A stretch of 61,577 nucleotides of DNA, the filler included, from Choristocarpus tenellus KU-1152 (Eukaryota > Protista > Phaeophyceae): the NCBI GenBank assembly GCA_964200185.2. It is 12 parts of 12 records of this genome, joined end to end, with 100 filler letters (N's around TTAATTAATTAA, not from the genome) between each part and the next. Parts side by side here need not be neighbours in the genome. Positions count along the whole stretch, not along the records: positions 1 to 6,330 come from CAXNAD020008369.1; positions 6,431 to 9,748 come from CAXNAD020020841.1; positions 9,849 to 13,502 come from CAXNAD020018704.1; 9 more parts are not named here. One strand, given 5' to 3'. Positions 1 to 10,743 of the stretch are shown one piece after another (position 1 is the first letter of the stretch; every line of letters starts with the position of its first letter). Under the pieces are notes generated by a model. The model was not told the origin of the DNA and ran no database searches. It saw only the letters and a program-made list of their open reading frames with translations. A program made the position numbers and the translations under genes.

Positions 1-3
1 GGC

Positions 4-900
4 TTGAGGGTAAGGTTCATGGGCGGGGGAGGATGGGTTTGTGTTACCCCATCTCCTGTCCTCCTGGCAGAGGAATGCCAAGCAGCAATTGACGAGGCAG
101 AGGCCATGGCGGCAGCGTCTATTTCACAAGGTAAGGGTGGTTGGGGCACAGCACGGCACTACAGTGTGCCTACAACTGATGTGGCGGTAAAGGATCTCCC
201 ACAAACTATTGCATGGTTTAACCGGATAATGAGGAAGGTTGTGCAGCCCCTGGTCGTGACAGCGTCTTTGATGGGGGAAGGAGACTACTTTTCTGTTGCA
301 GAGAAAGAGGTGGGGGTGGAAGGTCAAGAGATACAACAGGTGAAAGACGAGGGAAGAGGAAGGGAAGAAGAGGTCAAGGTGGGGCAGGGGAAGACTTCAG
401 GTTTAGCGCCACTGATACGTGTACACGATGCTTTCATTGTGCGATACGATGCAGAGGCCCAGCAGTCCTTACCCACCCACACAGACCAAAGTGAGATCTC
501 TCTCACAATTACCCTCAATGCCTCAACTGAGTATGATGGGGGAGGCACTTGGTTTGAGGGGCTTGGTTGTGCTGTGCGACCAGAAGAAGCTGGGCATGTT
601 GTTATTTTTCCAGGGGGGGAGGTGATGCATGGCGGTGAAGCTATCACTCGGGGGGTTAGGTATGTAATTGCTGTGTTCATGTACGAGCACAGGGTTGAGG
701 AAGAAGATGAGGATGGTGATGATTGCAGTAATCAAGAGAGGGAGGAGAGAGGGAGTGCTGTGGAAGTTGATGACTCACATGGTCCATGCCATGCAAGGAG
801 TGGGGGAGGAAAAATGGATGGGGATATTGATGGGTCGATATTTAATCCTGAAGAGGGAGGATTGTCTAGAGGGGAGGGTGTGCATGGTGCAATCTCCTAA
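4..900 (+). CDS. 2OG-Fe(II) dioxygenase, PLOD/lysyl-hydroxylase-like catalytic domain (5'-partial, at contig start)
   Basis: ORF has RHYSVPTTDV, HDAFIVRY, HTD (HxD), SLTITLN, YDGGGTWF, FPG...HGG...ITRGVRY (distal His and 2OG-binding Arg), then an acidic tail. Confidence 0.85.
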   Translation: MRVRFMGGGGWVCVTPSPVLLAEECQAAIDEAEAMAAASISQGKGGWGTARHYSVPTTDVAVKDLPQTIAWFNRIMRKVVQPLVVTASLMGEGDYFSVAEKEVGVEGQEIQQVKDEGRGREEEVKVGQGKTSGLAPLIRVHDAFIVRYDAEAQQSLPTHTDQSEISLTITLNASTEYDGGGTWFEGLGCAVRPEEAGHVVIFPGGEVMHGGEAITRGVRYVIAVFMYEHRVEEEDEDGDDCSNQEREERGSAVEVDDSHGPCHARSGGGKMDGDIDGSIFNPEEGGLSRGEGVHGAIS

Positions 901-1549
901 GAAGAGTGCTAAGGTGACTTCTCTGTAACCCAGCTATTAGTTTTTTGGCTACTCTTTTCTTGTTTTGTTTTGCCTCTAGTGGCATGTCTCTGGAGAAGGA
1001 GCTTGATTGAAATCCAAAACCGGCAAGGAAGCTGAAACACCACCCCGGGAGTAAAACACAAAGTGTATATTGTGGAGGCATTGCAACCCTATCATCAATG
1101 ACGGGAAGAGTATTATTAGATACGTAGTATATGAGTGCGACACAAATTTATTGCCATCAATATTGCCGTTATAAATAGGTGCAGTATGCAAGAAGGTGTG
1201 TTACCAATACACTTTTTGGGGTAGTTTGACAACGCATATACCACACTAGTGTTGAACGTGAACCTTAATAAAGAAAATTAGAATTTATAAATATGTATTG
1301 AAACATACCGAAAGTCGTCTCTTTGAAATAGTCTATATTATAAAGGTATCAGTAGCTGTTGCTATTAGCAGAACCAAGGTGATCGATATCTGGAAATTCT
1401 GTCATACTTTCCCCCCCTCCCTTCTACCTCCTTATTGTAGTTGTCTGAGATAAGAAAAAAGCCCACCACTTTTCCTCAACAGGTCAACCTGTTGACCTTT
1501 CAAGAGATCCTTCAGCTGAAAATGATGCGGTTTAGGGAGTGGCAATGAT

Positions 1550-3750
1550 TACACCAGGGACCCAGCCAACCAGTCAGGGACAGCATACATATTTGGGGTC
1601 GAAATAGTTGTGCATCTAGAAACCACACTCAAAAAGTGCCAACGGTGTTCACACCCACCCAAAGAAAATGTGCCTTAAACAGAATATTGAGAAAAGAGCA
1701 AGTATAGAAGAAAATTATCATACCCTCCAAAGTCACCTGGAGTCCTTGTTTTGAGTGCTGAATTGGTACACCCCAAACAGTTGGCTAATTTTGGATAACA
1801 GTACAAGATGGTTGGGACGCCACTGATGAACTGCAGTCAGAGCTGGGGTGGGGTAACAGAGAGGTCCGGTAATACAAGCTGCTCACAATCCTTGTTCTAG
1901 GAATGAGACTTACTAGGTGATGGAAGCTGGGACAATCGCCTGACCAAATTCAGCACGATTGGTGATAGCTTTCCGCATGTAGTACTTAGGACCACTCAAT
2001 GACATACATACACAGGTTAAGTCCTCCTGTCCGTAGTGCACCTCAATAATCATAAGATAAAATGTGGTTCGTGATGTTGATCAGTGAACCAAAACGAATG
2101 CATGTGTAGTTCTGGGTGCCCACTTGAGGCAATGTAATGCAAGTTGAAAATGAGTTGTATACAATAAAAAGTAATTTGTTAATTAATACTCAAACCCAGA
2201 AGATCACATTGAACCAAGGACTAGAGTCTTGCCAGTCCAATTCTTCCAAACTTGACAAGAACATTTTGACATTTATCCATCTTATATTAACTACTCCAGG
2301 GTACTTTGAAGTAAAAAAAGTACCAGCCTGCCACCACTTGTCACAGTATTGTAACCATTTGAAATAATTCTAGTGCATAGGAAGTGTGTTGATACAAAAA
2401 TAAATGTAATTGTAGTCCTATCGCCGAGGACATCCTGTTCAATAATTGGTTTGAACTTTAAACGCAATGCCCAAACGTCAAATGTTGAGAGTCCTGCTGG
2501 ATACACCATCTGATTAACTGGCATGGTCAAAACGATATTCAAAGGTCAATTGATTGAGCCCACTTGACCAAACGTCCCCATCCACCTTTTGGTTGGAACA
2601 AACTCTAAAGGTTACCTGCTGCAGCCCTGGCGACCATTTCACCTTAGTGTCTGGTAAAACGTGACTCCACACAAAAGAGACTACCTGCCCAGCCAGTCAC
2701 AAAACTCCATGTACTGTGTGGTTGATTGATTTCCAAAGCTCAGCTACTGGAGCCCAGCTGACCATACTACCCAATCTATCGCCTGAACTAAAAAGAATAC
2801 CTAAAGGTCAGTCAATGGAGGCCAGCATGCAACACAGGTAATTTTTCAAAACTTGAGGTTAGATTTAGATTTAGATTTAGATTTAGGGTTAGGGATAGGG
2901 TTAGACGAAAGTGAAGGGATTCATGTCCTAAGCATGGGGGGCTCTGCGTCGCTACCTTACCTCACACTTACTGACTCAACTGTACCCCTAACCCGAAGTT
3001 TGTCAAAGTTGTTACAACAATTTAATTCCGATTCTACATGCACATTTTTACTATTGTTCTCTGATACAGTTGGAAGCATCCATACGAACACCAGCCACAG
3101 AGACCCATTTACCTCCACATGATGACCAAGTCCAAAGGTCAGGTAGGTGCCTTAGCCCAGTTGGGCGGACAACTTTGTCTACTTACTGCGTGAATTTCCA
3201 TTCATAGGTCAGTTGGTGGAGTCATCCAGACCGTAGCACCCTATCCATGAATGATCAAACCGATTGCCAAAATTTCATATCTTTCGTGCCGTTTGGCCAT
3301 CTGACAACCTAGATCTTCAAGTGTGTTGAACGATATTTCCAACTGCTCCAGTTCTCACATCAATTTATAGAAACACGATTTCAGTGCATGTGGAGCGTGT
3401 GATCACGTTCCCATACTCCTTCAGCGTATAGGACATTTCAACGATGGAGAATATTGCCTGCTGTCCCTTTTTTTTCTCTGCTTCTGGTCGGAAATTGGTG
3501 ACACTCAAGAGCGATGCTGTTGTGGTTTCAGGTGCCACGTAGTCATTGGTCGGTATCCCTTACCCAGCAGCTATAAGCAATTGAAGAGCGGGTCAAATAC
3601 CTGTGCAGGATGTTGGAAGATGCTACACAGCCTATTATGTGTGCAAAAACTCTCCACGTGTGATAGGATGCAAGCTTTTCTTGTGGAGGGCCTAACCTCT
3701 GTAGCCTAGAGGGGATCTATATGGGCGCTTGGAGACTGAACCCTGACATC
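1550..3750 (-). mobile_element. Highly degenerate non-LTR retrotransposon fragments (CRE-like)
   Basis: Broken minus-strand peptides LKFKPIIEQDVL (cf. KCRPVxxG), RTGGLNL (cf. GGLGL) and GATVWMTPPTD resemble the better-preserved LINE at 7574-9748; boundaries approximate. Confidence 0.4.
2857..2904 (+). repeat. Interstitial telomere-like repeat (TTAGAT)n grading into TTAGGG
   Basis: ttagatttagatttagatttagatttagggttagggatagggttag read directly. Confidence 0.7.
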
Positions 3751-4289
3751 GAATTCAGCCTCCAACTGCCAACGCTATATAGTAGTGCTTCATATCACCC
3801 CATCATGCCCCTCTTCCTGGAGGAAATGGCAACCAAGTACAAGTGCCTCCAAAAATTCCACCACACAACTCATTCCGATCGAATTGGTGGGTCTGTTGCC
3901 CATCTTGCTGATGTTGATTATTCTACATTTGGTACCTTTAAACAAATACTCCTCAAAGATTCTTTGTTTGGGGCAACCAACTGTTACCAATCTTAGTTCC
4001 TAGATTGGTTTCCCCTTACCACTGCATTTTCATTATCATTATCACTTGAGCTACTAGAGGAACTGTTCACTCTAGTAACTGGGCCTCAAGTACTTGAATG
4101 GAGGTACTAGGTTGGTGTAAACCCCTACAGAACACACGGACACCTTGGAGCAGTGTCTGTTTTGAGAATTTTAACCACTGCCAAACAAGCTGAAGCAACA
4201 AGTGTGGTCGTGTCCAAGATGCGCGTTGGATAGACTGCTGAGGTATGTAGGGATGGCTCACCCCATGCGAGGTCACCAAGGCCTCGAAA

Positions 4290-4900
4290 ACGAAGACCTG
4301 GCTTGCAGTAGTTATTAACCAAACCCCTAGAGTGGGGAACAATCAATGAAAGTGAGTTACGTATTTTCAACGTGAACGGGTTGATCCTCCACAAGCATGT
4401 GCCATCAAGATCTTTGGCGATTTTGGCAGTTGAAGTATCGCGAAGTTCAGATGAGGAGAGGAATTTGAGTGAGGAATGGGCTGATGACTCAAAGGGAGAT
4501 TCTGAGGATGAGAGATAGGAACATTCTGATGAGGATATGGCTGACAAAGAGGGCAGCGGCAAGGAGGATGGTGTTGGAGGAATTGTCTAAGGCAATAGAT
4601 CCTGGAGGGGGTGAAGATTCGGGCCAGTTAGTTCTTGTCGAAAGGTGTATGAAGAAGAGCTCAACGTTTGAGATATGAACACGTCGACATGGTTAATATA
4701 AACCCAAGAACCACTGACAAGTGTTGTGCGAACTTGATGTGGTCACAACTGTATTCAAAGGGGAAAAATATGGAACCCATTGACCTCTTCAACCTCCTTT
4801 TCCCCAGGGACCAGATTGAGGTCATGGTAGAGGCTACAAGCACTCATATGCAAAAAGATAGTCGTGGAATACGTGCAACTGACACCCACATGTAAAGTGC
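4290..4900 (+). mobile_element. Degenerate piggyBac-like transposase fragment
   Basis: An acidic N-terminal tract followed by PIDLFNLLFPRDQIEVMVEATS resembles the start of piggyBac DDE_Tnp_1_7 domains (P.d.F..ff....i...TN); frames broken. Confidence 0.5.
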
Positions 4901-5126
4901 TTTTTGTTAGCCATGACATTGATTGACAGCATGGAGAGAGCACAGTCCGAGCATTGGACAAAAAGGGAGGGTTGCACAATATAGTATGATGGCAGCATTT
5001 TCCATTGCTGCACCCTAAATTGGATGATGGCAAGCTGTGTGATCTATTCAACTTTTTTCCAGAACCCTAATACCTGCCTTTGCTGCACCTGCCGCCATAC
5101 ACTAGGCAAGTGAGTATCCCTCACTA

Positions 5127-5386
5127 GAGTGAAGATATCTTAGAGGGTAGGAGTTTTGCCCTGTTTGTTCATTTGGGGCTGGGCTTCCCACGGGTTTTTT
5201 AATGACATTTTCCTACTCTAGAATATTCGGAGTAGGTAGAATGCATACGTTATGAAAAGGTGTGTCTGGAACAAGGATATTGACATTTCCTAACAAACGC
5301 TATATAGCCAAAATTACATCAAAATCGCAACATTGGATTTTGGGCCGCAAATTGACGCGACTCTACCCTCTAAGATACTTTGGCTC
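5127..5386 (+). mobile_element. MITE family A copy (about 260 bp)
   Basis: TIRs GAGTGAAGATATCTTAGAGGGTA ... TACCCTCTAAGATACTTTGGCTC; flanks ACTA/CCTA; homologous to 8705, 34341 and 36099. Confidence 0.9.
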
Positions 5387-6330
5387 CCTAATATGTTCCT
5401 CGGTTTGCGCACGTGACTCTTCACAAGCAATATTCAAGATCAATCTTGCACTGTTTGTCCTCCTGTTGGTAGTCATGGTTCCCAGAGCAATGAGGCCACT
5501 CTCAAGTTGCCAGAGAGTGGGATTTGTCAGCAATCGTCCCCACCAAATCTAATTTTGCAACCTAACTTCCTGCTACTCGAAATAGACAATCTAAGAGTGT
5601 TCAAGTTTCATGTGTGTGCATGGGACTAAGGATTTCCCTTCATCGAATCTCCTGACAAATGGAAAACTTTGTTGGAGGGACGTGTGGAATCCAGATTCTA
5701 ATCAATGCAACCAGAGGAAAGGAGATGGAAGTGTACTCTGCAACTCATTTGTGTGGATGTAATTTCATCTGTTCCTCAGACGAACATGCGGCGTACATGA
5801 TACTTTCCCTCCTGGGGGCCCCTTGCAACAGCATCCTTATGTGCTTGGTCCATGCACCTAACGTTTAAGTCATATCTATAAGCTTTCTCTGCAACAATAC
5901 ATCCATCTACAGAGTGACATATCCTCAGGCGAACGTTTTACAACAATTCTGTTCAGTAGTAATTCTGCAGAGTACTCCTATGTCTCACTTGTAACAACCA
6001 GAATGGACTACTACCGATCTCCTGTGACCACGATGGGGCAGTGCAGAACTCTGTCATGAGGGTAGCACGGGGGGCTTCAGTGAAGAGAGGAGAAGTCTTG
6101 CCAGTTGATAGCCCCTGTCCTCCGGCAACACCAGGAGGAAAGGAGTGGGGGTGTGTGCTTAGGTAAACCTGGGGGAAAAGAGGAGAATACCCACCAGCTA
6201 GCTGTCACAACGCCGACACCAGGAGGAAAGGCACAAGGGAATGCTGTGTGGGCGGGGCGTGGGGGGGAAAGAAGAGGAGAATCTCCTCCAACTAGCAGTC
6301 GCGGTGCTCCACCAGGAGGAAGGGGGCAGG

Positions 6331-6430
6331 NNNNNNNNNNNNNNNNNNNNNNNNNNNNNNNNNNNNNNNNNNNNTTAATTAATTAANNNNNNNNNNNNNN
6401 NNNNNNNNNNNNNNNNNNNNNNNNNNNNNN
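6331..6430. other. Artificial contig spacer (others at 9749-9848, 13503-13602, 20158-20257, 23927-24026, 27595-27694, 37442-37541, 43918-44017, 49902-50001, 55707-55806, 58830-58929)
   Basis: The same 100-nt N-TTAATTAATTAA-N linker, with stops in all six frames, occurs 11 times. Confidence 0.99.
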
Positions 6431-6559
6431 AGGAAGCTTTCCGCTTGCTTGCCGAGGCGCCCAAAACTTTCCACCGCAAAGGTGTTGAGGTTATAACTCA
6501 TAATACATATCGGTTTCCCCCCTGACACATCTGCAAATGTCAGAGGGCATAATAATAAA

Positions 6560-6879
6560 ATACATATAGTCATACACATTTGCGTGTGTCACCTTTTGTC
6601 ATTGAGGTGAGTGTAAGCGATGTGTTACGGGTCAAACGCACGACAGGCTCGCGGTAACTCCGACATGAAAGAAAGGTGGATTCAACCAGCAAAGCAGGAG
6701 ATTGTGTTTTCTGTTCTGACTGGTCACAACCAATCACAGTGAATATTGATCCACATGGCACTCTTGAGGCTGTCAACATACACTCAGCATGCCTCAGTCT
6801 CATCTCTCACTTCTTTTCTGAACCTCATCTCTGGTGGTGGTTCTCATCACCCCCCATCACACAAAACCATACCCCTTAA
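6560..6879. repeat. Dispersed repeat family C, copy 1, ending at TTAA (possible Kolobok-like DNA transposon end)
   Basis: About 300 bp homologous to 48320-48618; homology ends at TTAA in both copies. Confidence 0.7.
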
Positions 6880-8704
6880 TAGAGACTTCCATTTTTGACA
6901 CACGATTGTTGTGGACAATCCCCAAACTAACAGATTTCTTGTGTTGTACTGGGTGTGGGATAGGTGACTTTTTTGTTTTATTAAGCTGAGGAATAAACCG
7001 AGAAATGCGACCGTATCACTTACTTTCAGTAGGATAGGAGGGTAAAATAAAAATGAATACAAAACTCCTCTGCTTCCAAGATGTTTCTGGAATCCTTTGG
7101 TAGTAGTGTACCCAACTCAGACCAAAACAAATAGTAGGTGGGGTACTGGTAAATTCGACTTTGATTAATTGGTTGGTGAATTGGAAGGCTGGTTGATTAC
7201 TATATATTATGTTAGTTCGAATTATGTTAGAGTGATGTATGAATCGGACCAAGACGAACCGTAACCGAGAGGACAAGGTTAAGGTTGGACAAGGTTAAGG
7301 TTGGACAAGTGCAAGACTGCAAGGAATTGTGTGAAAACTGTGGAGAGATGAGAATCTTACGAGAGGGGAATCATCACCAAATTCTTCAAGTAATGCACAT
7401 CTCTGGTTGCAGGGATGTGTATTACTTGTGGGATTGGTTCCTTGGACAAAATTCCCACCTCGATTATTTTGAAGATTGTCCACTGGAATCAGAAAAACCC
7501 TGACAAGGAAACTCATTCGGAATATCGGTATAATGGTATATGACATACGGCAATAACGGTATGATAACAGAAACGCCCTAGTCACATCAGATCAGCCATC
7601 ACGACAGATGTCGGTCACGAGGAAGTAGTGGAGGCGTTTGAAAAACTATGGGAACTAGCCTGCACCTCCCCGGACTCTCTATCCCTAGAGTTCTGGACAC
7701 TCCGCACAAACTCCAGGCTGTCCACAATTGGGGAGAAGTGCCGCCCAGTTGCCTGCGGGTCTTTTTTCGGAGGGGCATGTGCTTCAGATTTCCACACAGA
7801 CTGGCGCCCCTACCTGGAGGAGTTTTTCAGGGGAGTAGGACAATTTGGCGTCGGCGTCCCAAATGGAGTACAATGTGCACTCCTAGATCCCCGCCTAAGG
7901 ATGAGTGCGGAGAATGTGTCATCAGTTTGGACGGGAGGAATGCCTTCAACAGCCAGCATACGTCGCTCAGCTTTCATCCAGGCCCTCCCAGACACTCTGC
8001 CAGGACCCCTACCTTCTGTCTCTAAGGTATATGGGGACACCCACACTCTTCTTTTCCCCCTGGATGAGGGAGGGATGAAGATCCTGCCATCAAGATCTGG
8101 GGCCCAACAGGGAGACTCACTGGGCCCCCTCTTATTTGCATGGCAACACACAAGGCCTTGCAACAGGTCTAATCAGTTTTTGGACCCCAAGGGATTTCCT
8201 CCCGGAGCTATCTGGATGACACGCCCATATCTGCAAGGGAGATCAACCCTACCATCATAGCTGCTTTCGAGCAGTTAAAAACTGAACTCCATGAGGTAGG
8301 CATAAACTTAAATATGGACAAGACCTTTGCCGCACCTCCCCAGGGTCACCAACCCACGCCCTCAGAACTGGAGCTTCTTTCTGACGCAGGAATTCACCTA
8401 GCCCCGAACCCCAAAGATTTTGTCACATTGGGGTCTCCCGTGGGAACAGATGGCTTTATCCAAGACCATATGGCTGAGGTGATCGAGAACTCTGGGACAC
8501 GAGCTTTTGCCACACACCTCAGCGAGATGGAGGACAAACAGGTGGCCTGGCTCCTCAACTCCTGGTTCCTCTCCTCCCGCCTAGGCTATCTTGCAAGGGT
8601 CACTCCCCCCCGTCCTGGCATGCTCCACCATGGAGCAAGCAGATAACACCTCATTATGGACACTAGAGAGGATAATGGAGGCAGCAGACTTGACACAGGC
8701 GATG

Positions 8705-8961
8705 GAGTGAAAGTATCTTGGAGGGTACGAGTTTTTGCCTGTTTGTCCATTTAGGACTTGGCTTCTCATGGATTATTTTATGACATTTACCTACTCCGAA
8801 ATGTTTCGGAGTAAGTGAAATGTATACAGTATGAAAAGGTTTGTCTAGAACATGGATATTGACACTTCCTAACAAACACGATAGCCAAATTACATCAAAT
8901 TCGAAACATTGGATTTTGCCCCCAAATGGATGCCGCTCTACCCTCTAAGATACTTTGACTC
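8705..8961 (+). mobile_element. MITE family A copy inserted in the LINE, 4-bp TSD GATG
   Basis: GATG|GAGTGAAAGTATCT ... AGATACTTTGACTC|GATG; removal restores the reading frame LTQAMDLFEGGC. Confidence 0.95.
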
Positions 8962-9544
8962 GATGGATCTCTTTGAGGGAGGGTGTAACAATGGATCTCT
9001 CTGCCTAAAGACCCACCAACAAGTACAGACACAGATGCCTACAAGTGCGGGGGGTCTGGGCCTCTCCTCTATGAAACACTGCCAACATGCGGCTTTTGTA
9101 CGATCACTGGTGGCTACTCTCCCCACCCTCCTAGCAAGGCAGCAAGGGCCTCATGGCGAATCCTTCTCACAAGCTGTTTGCACGAGCCCCACAGTATAGG
9201 CTTTAGGATCGTCCATCCACGCCCTCTTTTCTACAGGTATCCCCTCAGAAGATCTTGTAGAAATCATTGGCCAAGACTGGGTAACCTGGCGGGGAACAAC
9301 ATCCCCACACCTGCCCCAGAGGTACATATCCTAGCGGCTCATGACGCCGGGATCACGAGGAGGGCTCAACACGAGATCACATGCCTCCTGAACAAGATCC
9401 GTTTCGACTCCTTCAGGACATAACTGGCTGGACTGCCTAGTGAAGCACACCAAGGGAGGGAAAGCTCCTCGTTGGGCCTAGCGCGCCACCGTAGCCAGTG
9501 TGGACAAGGGGCAAACACGTGGGCCTCAACTCAACCTCTGGAAC

Positions 9545-9729
9545 GGTTCAAAGTATCTGGAAGGGTGGTGGCTGTCCATTTGGGCCCAATTTTTCAATGT
9601 CACGATTTTTGGATGATTTGATTGCATACGTCGGATGGATAATGTAAGTGCACTTTTCCTGGTTATGCCCCAAATGGACACCCTGGTGTAGATCCCCCCC
9701 CCCCCACACACACACAGATACTTTGGCCC
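9545..9729 (+). mobile_element. MITE family B copy inserted in the LINE, 3-bp TSD AAC
   Basis: AAC|GGTTCAAAGTATCTGG ... CAGATACTTTGGCCC|AAC; removal restores STQPLEPARQIP. Confidence 0.9.
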
Positions 9730-10100
9730 AACCAGCACGCCAGATCCCNNNNNNNNNNNNNNNNNNNNNNNNNNNNNNNNNNNNNNNNNNNNTTAATTAA
9801 TTAANNNNNNNNNNNNNNNNNNNNNNNNNNNNNNNNNNNNNNNNNNNNTTTTTTTTTGGGGGGGGGGGGGGGGTAATTTTAGGGTATTTTTTAAGAAAAT
9901 CTTACAATTTTCTGCTTGTAAGGGAGAGGGTGAGAAGAGCTACCTCATTCAATTGTGGAGGTGTAGTGAAGTCAACTTTTTTTTTTATCGAAACAGACTG
10001 ATGCCGTAGGATCCACAAGATGAACGAATACAGTATCCTATGTTCATAAATATGTATGCATCTCTCTCCACAACACAAGTCTGCGGTGATTTCCTCGCAG

Positions 10101-10220
10101 GTGGTGAGTGAGTGGACTTGCGTAGTGTGCACCATGGTCAACACCGACGAACACAACTGTTGTGTCGCATGTGGTACCTTCATTGGAGGAGGGCGAAAGT
10201 CTCCCCGCCTTCCCCCGTAA
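10101..10220 (+). CDS. Terminal exon encoding a RanBP2/NZF-type zinc finger (gene 5'-partial)
   Basis: After the ttcctcgcag acceptor it reads VVSEWTCVVCTMVNTDEHNCCVACGTFIGGGRKSPRLPP*, matching W-x-C-x2-C-x3-N-x6-C-x2-C; absent from the ORF track. Confidence 0.8.
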   Translation: MVSEWTCVVCTMVNTDEHNCCVACGTFIGGGRKSPRLPP

Positions 10221-10710
10221 CGACTCTTTTTAGAAGGATTTGAACAGAAGGGAAGAGGGGGAAAAAAGCAAAGTAGTGCTTGAAGAATCTGGTTCAAATT
10301 AGCGTGACACGATTCGGTGTGGCGGCCTAAAGGGTGGTTGAGGTAGTGGCGGTGGTTTTTGTTGGAAGTTAAAGTGAGGGCTTCCTGCTCTGCTGAAAAG
10401 TTAATGGAAACGAACATACTCACTAGACTCTTTTTTGTTGGGGTTGGGGTTGGGGTAGGTAGGATGGGGGCATTGTTATGTTAGCAGGGACTTGGTTTAG
10501 GTTGGTGCAAACACGGTGGTGGTTGAGTGCTCTCCATTGGAGCTTGTGGACTTCATTCCTGCCTCGTTCTCCTCTTGGTTCTCTCTGCAATGGTTTGTTA
10601 ATCTGTGAATTTGGGTTGTTTTTTTATACTGTCTCAATTAATATGTGGATTGTATTCTTGCTTCGAGGCGTATCTGTGAAGGATGGGATCTGGATTCTTT
10701 ATTGTTTTGC

Positions 10711-10711
<1 letters not shown>

Positions 10712-10741
<30 letters not shown>
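10712..10741. repeat. (TG)n microsatellite
   Basis: Direct reading. Confidence 0.95.

Positions 10742-10743
<2 letters not shown>

Larger units (their letters stand above)
7574..9748 (+). mobile_element. Degenerate non-LTR retrotransposon (CRE/NeSL-like reverse transcriptase), interrupted by two MITEs
   Basis: Peptides GEKCRPVACG, GQFGVGVPNG, SLDGRNAFNS, GAQQGDSLGPLLF, SYLDD (around 8206-8220), LGSPVGTDGF and AGGLGL occur across frameshifts. Confidence 0.9.

Noticed and set aside
7270-7308. 16-bp tandem duplication GGACAAGGTTAAGGTT
   Set aside because: Simple slippage duplication in probable transposon sequence
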